A stretch of 64,000 nt of DNA from Phoronis australis (taxonomy: Eukaryota > Animalia > Phoronida). Both the position numbers and the translations under genes were made by a program. Where the stretch lies: NCBI GenBank assembly GCA_002633005.1, contig NMRA01000386.1, positions 196,058 through 260,057 of the forward strand. The letters run 5' to 3'. Numbering within the stretch: position 1 is the first letter of the stretch; every line of letters begins with the position of its first letter. The notes under the pieces were generated by a model. The model searched no databases, was not told the origin of the DNA, and saw nothing but the letters and a program-made list of their open reading frames with translations. Below are positions 51,401 to 63,794 of this stretch, piece by piece.

Positions 51401-54400
51401 TCAATGTACCTTTCATTTTTGCTAAATTTTACTAAAAAGACATGGTCACGTGATTCATTTAATGGCAGATTGGCAAAAAATCACCGAGTTCTACAGACTT
51501 TCTACTTTAAGAGAATGTGAACTTTTAACGAGTTTAAATCTTTAGTTTCATAAATATAAATACTGGCTGTGCTTCGGCAGGAAGTTTTCCGATATGCAAA
51601 ATTGGTTGAATACATGACACTTGTTGTTATTAACAATCTTTATTCCGTTTCGTTCGTATCCTCAACAACAAAGTTCGACACTCAAAAGAACATTGGTAAA
51701 GCAACTGACCAAGAGGCATGATTAAAAGACACAAGATATTTCGAAGCATACTCGTTTCATTCTCAAGTGGAAATAAAATGACGCAGTAATACCACCACAG
51801 AGCAAAAGCTGGAGACATACACAGTGGGACACGGCAGGTGTGAAATACTGAAACAGATATAAATAAACAGACTTTTCGACAAGGTCCTACATAACCGTGA
51901 GAAATTTTTATTTGTTTCATACACAGTAAGAGTGTTAACAGGAGAATAATAAATTCCGAATTTTACATAACATGGTGCAGGCGGATTTGGCTAAAAGCTT
52001 TATGCGTACAAACTGCTGCAGTCAGGATACCACTTCCGTTTGAAGTTCATGGTCTTTTGGAGGAAGTGTTGGTCTGGCTGCGATCTTCCTAGAAACAATG
52101 CCTCCCACTGAGTTAATTTGCCACGCTATTTTATTTTGACTGACCACATAATGTACCGTTTGGTCGCACTTTGCCACCCAAGAAATTGTTATCGTGCTGT
52201 CAACTTAATTATCGCCACGCGCAAATTTCCAGTAGAAATGTACGAAAACGTACTTTCGTTGAGTGATGCAGATTGTAAATGATCGTCATGACTTTAAGCG
52301 CAAATTAGTCTACCTTCGGGTTAAGTGCAGATGTCTACAGCGGCTGTAACCCCGCTTTTCATCACAGAAATCAACCTACATTTATGCCAAATTTGTCTCA
52401 AATTGTTCCTTAGTCAAATTAGAGGTGATTTAAGGACTCCGAACTGGAAAATCCTTGTTGCTTGAAATCAGGCTCTGAAAATTAGCTTGTCACGGATTGT
52501 CATTCTTTGCGTCAAGCATGGTCTTAAGGTTTTAATGAAATGTCTGTATTTTGCAATCCCAGATATCGTTTTTCACCTGAAACCAATTTTATAACAATAA
52601 GTGGTTTAAATGAAGTTAGCTTCTCTGACGTAGCACTGTTTTAAATACGCTTTGATGATAACCCGGATGTCAGCTTCCGTCAAATCCAATTTTTGTGATT
52701 TCGACTACCTTCGTACTCGGATTATACATGGGCTTGACAAGAATTGATAAAGAATATTGGTTGGAATTAGGCTTAACTTGTCACGACGGGCTGTTTGATG
52801 TGAGAAGAAGGGTTTCAGACATAAGGAACTAAGTTCTTCATGATAATAAGCCCACTGTTCTTCTTCGTGAGAGTCATTAACTTAGGCTTGGGACTGCAAT
52901 TTGGACAATATGCATAAGTAAGAGTTTTGAAAGGAGGCTGGGTAACAGCACGTTTGAGTGTGGTTGGGAAATAGCATTTTTAAATGTGGCTAGGGAATAG
53001 CACTTTTAAGTGTGGTTGAAAATAGCACCTTTAAGTGTAGTTGGGAAAAAGTATCATGAAGTGTGGTTGGGAAATAGCACCTTTTGGTGTGGTTAAAAGG
53101 CTGCTCAATTAACCTTTCTACTGGTCTCCGAAAAATGTGTGCCTTCCACTCAAAGCTGAGAATTATGGGTAAATGACAGTGACACTCTTCCGTTTGCCTG
53201 CTTTACTTTTAGTTTGGTTTCAAACTAGCTCCTTTTGCAGACTAGAGCTCACAAGCTTCAATTTTTTCGTCACAAAATTCATCATTTATTTAAACCTCTT
53301 ACCCCCAGGAAATACCTCTCTGTTTTTTGGTCAAAACAAGTGTGATTTCTTGTGTTTGAAGTAACTGCATTTCGTTATTACATGAGGCCAGGCTCTGCAT
53401 TCGGACTTATGTGTCACCGAGATTGGTCTCGAGGAATAACAAAATGTCAGCTCTTTGTAAGAGCAAAAATCCCTTCTCAACTGCGCAAAGAACACGTTGA
53501 GGCTGATTTTACAGCCATAAGTTGTCTAAATCAAATTCATTTCTTTGGACGAAATTCGTGGTTGGAACTTTAACTTCACAACGAAAAGAAAGTACTTAGT
53601 TTGCACGCAAGTCCCATTTTTGTTTCGATGCAGTGGCGCAACGATTTCAAGTGCCTTTATTCAAAAGATATGTAGAAAAAGTTAAGACTACCTTTGTGTG
53701 CATTTCCCCATGACAACGTATGTCCAGGGCTTTCGAATTCTGTGATTACGCGAATCCCGCGAAGTCTGGCGTACTCTATAATTTCTGCTACGTCTTCTTG
53801 GGAGTAAACGTGTTGGGGTGAAAATGCTCCCTGAAATCAAAATGGTCAAGGCTATCCTCCGTGGTGTCTTCAATTCTTACTTAGTAAGTGTCGAAAAATA
53901 AGCTATACTTAAAGCTGAGAAGAGTTAGTGCTCGAACTGGCATTGAACTGGCAGATTGCGACTGATGGATAGAGAATGGTGAATTCTCATTTTTGTCGAC
54001 AGTCAGAGGTAATCTAATTTTTAGGTGATCACTTTCATACAAAACAGACTCGCGTTTATCGGACTATAACAAATCAAATTTTCAGCGGACTTAAGTCCGG
54101 TTGATGACACGTGCGACTATTTGCCTATTACGAGAACAAAACGTTTGCGCCGTTAACATGTTCAAAATTTTCTCATGTTATTCTGACTCGAAAGGGAGCT
54201 ACTGGGACTCAGGAAAAGAAACTAAGAACCTTTTCGAATGATTCGAGACATTTTGGAGACTCGCTAATGCCGTTTGTCGCCAACAGTTACTGACTTGAGG
54301 GAAAAGAGCCGTGGTACCAATTCAATGTGTTCCACGTGATTTTCTTATTTTCTGACAACTTATATGTTTCCAAGCAGCTAACTGTCACTGCGCTACTGTG

Positions 54401-57400
54401 AAGCTACAGTTTTGTGATAGCTCGCGGATGATCCATCTCTATAGTCATACAAAACGTAAGAAACTCGCTATAAACTTACCTTCCGTGACATTTCCGGAAA
54501 TGTCGTGCTCTGATATGGGAAAGACTGGTCGTCTGTTAGATGCCAGTGGAAAACGTTCATCTTGTTGTATGTCATAGCGTCCTAAAATCAATGATAAATA
54601 AAGTCAGTCTCTCTCATCTTGCCTTTTTGGAAATGACTTAGTTGACAGCTTTGAGGATGCGTGATCGTGACGCATTGTCATAAACTTTTAAGAACAATTG
54701 CTCCAAAAAGCATCCGTGCTTCGAAAATAGAATTTACAGGGCCATTGACAATGTTGTATTGAAACAAAGTGGAAATTCTTAGCTAAAATAATTCCTATGT
54801 CGCCTGCAAAAAAATAATTTTTGATTTTGAACACTGCTTTAAAAATTAATCTCAAATAGTTCCTTACTCACGTTAAAAGTGATTTCTGGGCTACAATTGC
54901 GAATTAAAACGAAGTCTCTGTTTGTTCTAAGAGTTCAATTTCCCATCTAATGGGCTCTTACATATCCCGTGTATTCTTGTGCATGGTTTTCTGCAGAACA
55001 ACGAATACTTACCAAGTTAGCTAGAATAACTTTCTTGCTCACAAAATGTCTCGCAGAGTCGAGCAGAATGCCTCTGTGACTGAATCGGGGTGTGTCGCGT
55101 ACTCTCGTAGCGTTAACGATATACTGAAAGAAAGACAATTCGAAAAAGGTAATATTAGTTTTAATAGAAAAAGGTGAAATTATTATAAATGGAACAGGTG
55201 TGCTAAAACTGAATTTGTAAAGGAATTTAAAAATAGCTCCCATGACTTAATCAACAGCAACTTTTCTATTTGCTCATATATGACGCTAAACTATGTTTGG
55301 ATGGGAGGATCACTCGTCCAGTGGCAAAATAAGAGACGCCATAATCATGTTTCTTTCCTGGACTTACGCCCTGAAAATTGAAAGCGACGTTGCATCGGCC
55401 TTTGATGACTAAAGTTCATAAAACGAAAAACAAAATGATATTTTAGAAAACTGTAACATCATTTTTGAAATATAGTCTTGAACTCTTCCATCAAACAAAT
55501 TCTGATCTTATAATTGATACTGTTGTTTTGTTATCGATCTACCTTTATCTTTTGTTGAAGTTTATTAGAAAAAGGCATGGTCACGTGGCCCAATTAATGG
55601 CACACTTTTGAAGAGTAAAAATCTATAGCTTTTCAGTCTGCTTTAAGAAAACACGTGCTTTTAATTTTTACTGAGTTAAAATTTATAGTTTCTTTGTAAA
55701 TGATTGCCTAAATACAGGGACTTATCAATAAGGTTATACGTAACGTAAAGGGGGAACTTTCTCCGAGTAAGACAATGGCGCATGTAATTTCATTTTTGAA
55801 TTCCAAGCTCGAGTTAAGTAGGAGTCTCGACTCTCATTACTCTGTAAACTGAATTGCTGTTAGCCAGCCTTGTTGTCTTCGCCCGGGAAGGTTTATACCC
55901 ATGAAAAAATTAAGTTGACCATTCGTTAAGAGGGTCAGCACGCTAAATACTTGCCCTTTTGAAGAGTTTGTAACACGGAAGGGATCATGTGTTGAGTTTC
56001 TAACTCATATAGTGACATTGGCAATTATGGATGATCATAATGTATTATGAATGAATTTTATATCAACTCAGATAAACTTTCTATGAATTCATATGAACGA
56101 TGGTTCAGAAGACGACATATTAACAGTGTACATAATTTGTCATCCTTCTTGGTACTGTAATTTACTCATTTAAGCAAGAATAAATTATCAAAAGAGCTTT
56201 TCCATCAATGATGCTTTAAAGGCCACTCACTAGTAATCTGACTGTAAAAATCACACCGACACACCATGTGTATACCACGTATGTAAATACCCCGTAACCC
56301 TGGCACTCGTGCCTCAAGTATTGTTATGAGCTAGAAATATTCATACTTGGTAAGTAATGTATGATATGAAATAAAAGTATAGGAAAAATTACTACACCTA
56401 AACAATGCTTATCAGCGCCAGATTAAGGACTGTGGGGGCCTCTCAGCTATAAAAAGTCTGGGATCCTTATTACGCGCAGTTTAGGTTCGCCCGTCTTTAC
56501 AATTTTCCTCTGCTTCCCCCCCCCCCCCCNCCACAAACACATGACCATAGGTTTCACCCACCTATCAACTCAACTTTCGCCTGTCCCCCGTGGTCTCTAG
56601 TTTGTGTGGGGTCATAAACTGCACCTTATTAGGCTCTGGTGTTAGCAATGTAATCCATATTACACTGTACGTCCGTTCAGCTGTCTTCGACTCCCTCTCA
56701 GAGGGCTGGAGATTTTTATCGAAAATCCATGATTATGACTTGTCCTCATGAACAAGAGAACGTGAGCCTAAATCAAAGTAGAGCGGTCAACTCACCACGA
56801 AATTGGCATTTTGATAAATCAGCTGACTGAACGTCTCCAATCCTGAAAAAGAAGTCAAAATGAAAGCATTTCTAACACTTAAAAAATTTCAATAAGCTAA
56901 GATAAAATAAACATGTTCAACTGGACTACGGTACTTACTGAAAAATCTTAAATCATCGAGAGCGTCTCGGCGCTCCCTTCTTGAAGAATGATGGAATGAT
57001 TAGAATGGCGGGACAAATGGAACTTTTTGCTGTGCTCTCGCGATATTCGATCGATAGTAGCGTTCCACTATAATTCCTCAAGAAGGGAGCAGGACGCTCC
57101 CGAGGATTTAAGGCTTTTTAGTAAGTACCGTAGTCCAGTTGAACAGATTTAACTTGTCGTTTATTATTTCCTTTCCTGGGTGGATAAAAAGGTTTACATT
57201 TCAAGATAAAATATCTTTCTTGAAATCATCACAAGTATCATAGACAGGAGGAGACTCCAACATGTTCTTGATAAACACTTCATCTTAAAACAAAAATGTA
57301 CAAGTATATACTTATTTTTGTGAGCTACAAAATTACTCAGCAACTGTCACAACACTGAAGAAAGTGAATGTCTTTAGACTGGTCGTATTTTCAAGATACA

Positions 57401-60400
57401 CAAAATATTGAGATAACCATCTACCTTTGGAAGAGTACGTGTACCTAACGATGTCTCGTGATTCAATCTCCTATAAGTATTCTAGACGTGGGATAAAACC
57501 GATCAAAGTTCCAAGTTACACTTACCTCGCACTATACCCCAAACACTATCAGCCCTGACAACGGCACTGGATTTCTGAACGGAAATATTGATATGATCTG
57601 TAAAATAATAACGAAAGATTAGACATTGCAACATGCGCATGCTAGTTACTTTGCATCTGTCATGGCGTTCTATGTATACATTCTTTTCGAAGGGTGTCAA
57701 TCCGAAGGATTGAAATAACAAATGAAAATTTACTAGCTACATTTCTGGTGACGAAGTTCACATTTGCACCAAGCGTAACAAGGTTCACGCCAGCAAGTTT
57801 ACAACAAACTTGCAAATGAAAAAATTTAGTTTTTTTGCACTCAGGAATTTTTAAGAGAATGCAAATCGGACATCTGACAAGGAGGCAAATCTGTCACTTC
57901 AAAAAAGAATCCTATCAACCGTGTTATAAACGTATTGTGCAAAATGCTTTTGTTTTAGCCAATCACGTGCCATCACCATGGACGAGTAGAACCCAACCAC
58001 AAATCACGTGAGTAGAATGTAGCCATTTCAAAGTAAGAAGGCAGATCTGCCTTCTCATTTGGAGACGATGATAAGTAAGTAGATAAGACGTCTGACGTGT
58101 AAGACGGCTGCTCTCGTGAACGTGGCATTTGCTAATAACCTTTGAGGATGCAAGTTATGTCGATACTGACCAGACGTACAGACGTATGCGTATGTGTAAA
58201 TTGTGAACCCTGTACTCCTATAGTTGTCGGTTTCATCTAAGTGGTAAAGTATGCTCTAATACTAAACTCACAGAAACGAAAACGAAACCGAAGAGTTGGT
58301 TAACACATAAGACATTTCGCTTTTTAAAGTGCACTCCTTTTTAGCTTACTACGTCAGATGACGCAGTCTCCTGAGAAATCATCGGCATCAACTTACATTT
58401 CTCGTCCATAGTTTCGTGGGGATATTTTTCGCACTCTCTCGACGTAACGTCTAATCTCAGAACTTCCAGTACCTTCCCCGCAGTTACAGTGAATATCTCG
58501 TTGAAGAACACGAGATCCTGATATCGTCTGATTGCTTCGTCTATGACGTCACAACCTCTTAGATTGGCAGACATCTTGAATGTGTGAGGGTTTATTGACA
58601 ACGTCTCCGATGTCGTCTGCATCGAATGTGGCTGAGGCCACACAGAGCCTCCCGGTAGTGGTTTCTCGCCCTGATTATAAAAATTATAATTTTTCTCTAA
58701 TTATACACAAAAATCACAGTAAAATTTAATACACTGTGGTTATTTTCTACTTGTGCAAGACACTACCAGTAAAAAAACCTCTAAAGTTCAGTTGTCGCCC
58801 CCATAGCAACGACAATAGCAGCATGTTTTCGGCATATGCTATACATTTGTACTGAGTTCAAACCGGAAATGTTTCTAGTAGCGTTCTTTCACCAGTTACA
58901 TTTTTCAACTTATTTGCTCCGTTAATATCGTGCTGTTCCTTTAGAAATTTACATTGCCGTTTCTCCTTGATTTTGCGTAGTTTGCTTTTTGATTTTCAGC
59001 GATTCGTCAAAGCTGGAACGTTTATTGGACAAGCGTGATAAGCGCACAGAGGGAGAGAGTGGTATTGGGAATCACTTCCATCAGTAACCGTACAACTTTT
59101 GTATCCCAAAATCTGTGAACACCGCCGTATCAATTCACACTAGTGGACGTGGTGATGAAGATAGGTTTGAGAAGTCATCGCTTGTGCCTTCTAGCTCATT
59201 GCGTTGAGTAACCTGCTTCGCTTTAGGTGGTGAGTAAAAGAGAACCCCCTTTATAAGGACCGTTTAAGATCGCTTCGGTTGTACACGCAAACTTGTATAG
59301 ATTTTTTCCCTAGAATTTCAATTATCTTCGTATCAGTGGGATCAACTGAAAACACCCGCCCCACTTGATATCTTCATATCTTTTCCTACGAAAATGTCCA
59401 ATTTTGGTCAACTTCGGAACATCATACCTCAGAAATCGCTGATCTGGTTCACTTTCAGAAACAATGCTTTGAACATTGTTCCCCAAAGCTCTTTTAGGAA
59501 TTACATTTAAAATGTTCCACTTTTGCATGAGGGGCTATGAAAAACTATCACTGGCGTGATTTTTTTAAAGTTGCATAAAACGATAATTTAGAAAACTGTA
59601 ACATATTTTTGAGATTTAATCCTAAACATTTATATCACACAAAATCTTGTTATGTTATTGGTCCTGTTGTTTTGCTATGAATGCACGTTTCTTTTTTGCT
59701 AAATTTTCTTTAAAAAGCAGACTCACATGGCCTAATTAGTGGAAGATTGGTATAAAGTTAAAAATCAGAATTTATCCTTTCAAAATTATATACTTTTGCT
59801 GAGTTGAATGCTACAGGTTCAAAGATTTTGACTAAATGTACAAACTTCAACAATTATTAGAATCTCTTGGTCTATTCACACAGACCTCTTGTCTATTTAC
59901 ATTGTCACGACGTTTCGGTCGGTCTATTCTCCGGCCATTATCAGTTGTTCCTGCGTTCTTAGAAGAACGAGTACGGATATGTGGTACACTAATCATGATG
60001 TGATTTTTGTCCGAGAAAGGAAAAGTGACAATGTAAATAGACAAGAGGTCGGTGTAAAAAGACCAAGAGACTTTAATAATAGTTTTAACACGCCACCACT
60101 TCAGATCGGTTTTAGAAAGTCATGTACAAATTTGTCGATAAGATCCAACGTAATGTTAAAGCCATGTCAGTTCTTGTATGACAATATTTCACATGATATT
60201 GCCAGATATTATATTGACCTTTGCGGATGGAGGGAGACTTCACTTGCGTAATGAAGTGAGGGAAATCGTTATTTCGTAAGTGCGTCCATCAGTTGTCCTA
60301 TTTGTAAAAATAAAGTTGTAATCCTTCAAAATAAACCGAAATCATGTGAAACAGATTAGCCTAGTTTTAATAGGGATACAATTGATTTGTACTTCGGTTG

Positions 60401-62923
60401 AGTGGATTAATGTCAAGAGCTACTTCGTGAAAGATGGCGTAATGTTTCTTCAGACAACAATACGCGAATGCACGGTTTCGTCCACCTCCTTGAATACTTA
60501 ACTAGATAGGATAAAAAAACAAACATGCTTCTTAAAATTAAGGATTGCAGCAAAATTGTATTTTTTCGACATCCTCGTACATGTGCAATCCATTTTCGAA
60601 TTACGGAATGTCGACGATATTTGTAAAAATCAACGAATGTGCGTGTCTAACGATTATTCTTTAGTAATTTCCAACGGTGACGTCACTTGCTGTTACCAGC
60701 AGTGATCGCTGTTCATTCCAGGCTCATGTTCAAACTATAACGAATAATCGTTTGCACCAGAAACCATCCAAAAACATCTAAATTACCAAAAAGTGACAGT
60801 AATTGTTCTCTCAAAATTATGCGCCAGCAGAGCTTGTCCATATATCAACCTAATTTTAAACATGGTAGCAACGACAGAAGACTTATTCGTGAGAGTCGCT
60901 AGTAGAAAACATTACCTGCAGTTTGGCTCCCCATCTTTTTAGCGCGACTGATTAATATGTCTGTCGACGGGGAATCCCTGAGAGCTAATTTTCGCAGACC
61001 GGTCTGCGCCATGAGGTTGTTTACCATTTATTTTGAGATTGAGGACTCGAGTGTATTCTCTATTGTTGTTCGTTCTATGACTCTCGTATATCAGGTTTCC
61101 AGTGCAAACAAAACAGCTGCGATATTTAACAACAAAACCTTGCACGATGTTTATAGACAGAAGAGAAACAATTATTGTCATGTGAAGTGCTGGTGTCAAC
61201 CAATCAACTAATTATCAATTTTAAGAGATTTGCAGCACTTATTACCCAACCACGGTTGGATTTATTTACACGTCAAAATCTCAAAGAAAATCAATACATA
61301 CAAACTAGGGAAGATATAACGATCAACAACAAAAACTGACCATTCACCAGAAGTAGTAACATGTTTGGGACGCCCTTATTCGAACATGCCAAATCATGCT
61401 ACCAACACTCGAAATACTCGTTTGATATCGCGAAAGAAGTATTCAACGCTGTTCAAGTACCACGTGCTCTCATGCTCAGGAAAAATGGTTCTCTTCAGAC
61501 TAGCTCGTGGTTTACAGTAAGTCGACACTTTTTGCTTTTATCGCAAATTCGGTTAACTTGTTTTCAGTGAGAACAATGTCGATAACGTCATACCATGTTA
61601 TCTGAATATGTATTATACCCATCAACAGTCTATCGCACTAGTTAGGCTTCATTGAAAGAAGATGGATTCATCGATGTATTCATGTCGCCCTCTTCCACGA
61701 ACCCACCAGTCTCCTATCTTTCTTTACCCCCTTCCCCCCACCCCCGATCTTTTGAACCAAAAAGATCCGGCAGCAACGTTAGTATTGTAAATTGGCCAGT
61801 TAAATTTACACGCAAATTTCCTTCGCACGTGGAAGACGGTTACCGCCTAATTTTCAACAGGTTTCAACACATTTCCAATGTGTTGTTAATTTTTTCTTGT
61901 GCAATGTTTAACAATTCATGAAGTTAAACTCCACCTATATAGTCAGAAACATGAAAACGACACGCGAGTAGCGAGTAGCCCAATTACTGTACGGAACTGA
62001 GGTAATTACAATTTCATACAACTGGTTTTATTGAAAGAAGTTATTAAGTAGAGCTCACCATTCAATAGTAGTGATAACAGACATTTCTTTGAAATTACAA
62101 ATATTTACGAACTGAAAATGTGCACATGGCTTCCATGTAGCAATTAAATTCATTATAAAGCTGTTTCACAATTTCGAATAGCATGGAGAAACTGAATTAA
62201 TTTGATACGGGGATGTGTCGCTAGTCTTGAGGTGTGGCGAGTTGTGCTGCCGCAACATTAAAGTAAGTCTAAGTAAAACGTTTCAGTTCCCGCCAGGAGC
62301 TCAAAATACACTAAGATGAGACGACAGTAGTTGCCAGGCGGTGGCAGGGATTTAACATTTCATTTTAGGTTTTCAAATCATTTACGTTAGCCAGAGTTTA
62401 GTAGCTGCAAAAAGAATTCATATCTCGTGGTACGTGCGCTGCATTACAACGTTGCTGTGCAGCAATGGTTTTGTTTGTCATATTTGAAAAAATCTGGTTT
62501 ACGTCGAAATTCGATGAATTTCCAAGACTACTGCCATCGCCATTTTCTGAATATTATTGACTTTTTGTACTAAATATTAACAACATAAGAATTTCAGAGA
62601 TTGTGGTTGCGTCGAATACCCTCGTCAACGAAATAAAGTTATACTTTAGCGGCAGGCTAACCTTCTAATGTAACACAAAATTGACTCGTTAGATCTTTTT
62701 TGTAAATAGAAGTGTTCGTTACAAAGCATCATCAAAATACGATTTCTATCCTGAAAGCTCATTTGGGAATTATGTCTTTGTTAATAAATCATTCCAGTCG
62801 TTGTGTTCATTGCGTATAAAAGTCGACACTCACCTTGAGAGGAATCCTTGGTAAAATCGGATACAGGTGTCCGATCGCGCACACAACTTCGGTGACAGCT
62901 ACCAGCAATCCCAAAAGTATCAT
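45221..62923 (-). CDS. HEXB-like: GH20 beta-hexosaminidase (HEXA/HEXB-like), 13 exons, 591 aa, with substituted active-site residues and a GPI-signal-like tail
   Basis: Exons 62834-62923, 58397-58670, 57526-57597, 56796-56842, 55013-55123, 54480-54581, 53692-53830, 50878-51073, 50550-50706, 49779-49974, 46630-46720, 45729-45833, 45221-45416 total 1776 nt and form an open frame. Motifs: [108 protein letters not shown]. Confidence 0.96.
45729..45833 (-). CDS. Hex exon 12
   Basis: [34 protein letters not shown]; 105 nt. Confidence 0.95.
46149..46323. mobile_element. GGCGGATC-type (hAT-like) MITE
   Basis: caagggcggatccagg ... cccctaaatccgccactg; internal homology to 63635-63794. Confidence 0.75.
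46630..46720 (-). CDS. Hex exon 11
   Basis: [31 protein letters not shown]; 91 nt. Confidence 0.95.
47150..47208. repeat. 29-bp tandem duplication
   Basis: cggct(g/a)tccgttattgtctagt(t/g)tatgaa x2. Confidence 0.9.
47243..47392. mobile_element. PIF/Harbinger-like MITE with CAG target-site duplication
   Basis: cag|ggctgagttgcataaa ... tttatgcatctgggcc|cag. Confidence 0.7.
47413..47716. mobile_element. hAT-like MITE with 5-bp TSD (GTCTG)
   Basis: gtctg|cagtggcggatttaggg ... cctggatccgtccctg|gtctg. Confidence 0.8.
49453..49615. mobile_element. MITE (44220 family) with CAG TSD and an extra 12-bp unit
   Basis: cag|cctcccgttcagta ... tactgaacgcacgc|cag; three taggtcctagcg units. Confidence 0.85.
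49779..49974 (-). CDS. Hex exon 10
   Basis: [11 protein letters not shown]...[33 protein letters not shown]; phase 0-1. Confidence 0.93.
50550..50706 (-). CDS. Hex exon 9
   Basis: [10 protein letters not shown]...[10 protein letters not shown]...[13 protein letters not shown]; phase 2-0. Confidence 0.93.
50878..51073 (-). CDS. Hex exon 8 (catalytic motif, HLGLSEV)
   Basis: DLLTPCYG...[42 protein letters not shown]; phase 1-2. Confidence 0.94.
52945..53095. repeat. ~27-30-bp minisatellite, about 5 copies
   Basis: aagtgtggttgggaaatagcac(c/t)ttt repeated. Confidence 0.8.
53692..53830 (-). CDS. Hex exon 7
   Basis: [46 protein letters not shown]; phase 0-1. Confidence 0.93.
54480..54581 (-). 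CDS. Hex exon 6
   Basis: [34 protein letters not shown]; 102 nt. Confidence 0.95.
55013..55123 (-). CDS. Hex exon 5
   Basis: [37 protein letters not shown]; 111 nt. Confidence 0.95.
56796..56842 (-). CDS. Hex exon 4
   Basis: [16 protein letters not shown]; 47 nt. Confidence 0.93.
56914..57145. mobile_element. Palindromic MITE (~230 bp) with ~85-bp TIRs
   Basis: tgttcaactggactacggtacttact ... agtaagtaccgtagtccagttgaaca; ataa/ttaa just outside the ends. Confidence 0.85.
57526..57597 (-). CDS. Hex exon 3
   Basis: [24 protein letters not shown]; phase 1-1. Confidence 0.93.
58397..58670 (-). CDS. Hex exon 2
   Basis: [17 protein letters not shown]...[12 protein letters not shown]; phase 0-1. 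Confidence 0.93.
59853..60080. mobile_element. Penelope-like palindromic remnant with a degenerate hammerhead core
   Basis: ~55-bp inverted repeats (59853-59908 / 60026-60080); minus strand 59945-59909 reads aCTGATAAt-ggccgg-agaataga-ccgacc-GAAAcgtc. Confidence 0.6.
62834..62923 (-). CDS. Hex exon 1 (signal peptide)
   Basis: [30 protein letters not shown]; donor AAG|GTGAGT, phase 0; TATA box upstream. Confidence 0.85.
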
Positions 62924-62999
62924 TTTTACACCACGTGATGAATTTACCACGATTTTTTTGGTCTCGACTGTCTTCCACAACAGGAGCTGGAGGGATACT

Positions 63000-63033
63000 A
63001 TAGAAGACTGAGGATACTAGGCTGGACTTTATA
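63000..63033 (-). promoter_or_regulatory. Candidate core promoter of the Hex gene (TATA plus Inr)
   Basis: TATAAAG at 63033-63027 and Inr-like TCAGTC at 63011-63006, about 85-110 nt upstream of the ATG. Confidence 0.55.
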
Positions 63034-63634
63034 GCAAGTGGTGCTAAAAGGCGTCTCTTCAAAAGGCGCGCGCGACCTTGCGTTATTGTGTAAGAAAATA
63101 TCACTTTCAGAGATAATGTAAGTGCAGTTGAAGGCAGATTTTTCATACAGTTCGCCAAAGTAAACAAACGCCGTCGCTAGAAAGAATTAATAGGGCCTTC
63201 GGTCGCACACCTGTGATGGTGGTTCGAGCACTAATGTAATTTTCAGCTGCTCTGCGACGCTATGCAACGAGTTACCGCCGGCTATTATACCGAAGGGAGA
63301 TTTTTGAATGTGGTGAGCCAGCTCAGTTATGCGCCTGAAGTACTAATTAAAATCCCAGCAGATGACGCGTTATTTTCTAACACAATGAGCTGCGTTTACG
63401 ATCACCATTTGCTTAATGCTGTCAATAAACATTAGATCTAAATGCCTTGTGTTTTACTTGCGGGTATTTCAGCTGCGACTAAATCACGTTTGCGACTTCT
63501 CCATTTCTTGAAGTGTAATTGCTCAATTATTACTTTAGGTTGACGATAGCACTAAACGTTTTTGTTATTGCATTAAAGAGACGCATTCGGTTTTATAGAG
63601 CCGAAAACGTATTTTCGGGCATGTTGTTAGTTGG

Positions 63635-63794
63635 CACTGACGGATTTAGTGGTGGGAAAGGGCGCTACGTCCTCCCCTCCTAAAATTCTTCGAAATTCCA
63701 TTTGGCAGTTCGGGGGTGCGAATGTCTGACCGTCAAAATCCTGGCTAGTACACCGCCCTGTCTCCCCCATCTCAAAATCCTGGATCCGCCCTTG
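63635..63794. mobile_element. hAT-like MITE with near-perfect 5-bp TSD
   Basis: gttgg|cactgacggatttag ... cctggatccgcccttg|gctgg. Confidence 0.75.

Noticed and set aside
60916-61199. Signal-peptide-like ORF ([15 protein letters not shown]...) and a CAG|GTAATG donor as Hex exon 1
   Set aside because: The ORF stops before the donor and would need a weak 77-nt intron; 62834-62923 gives a clean signal peptide, phase-0 donor and TATA box. It remains possible as an alternative exon.
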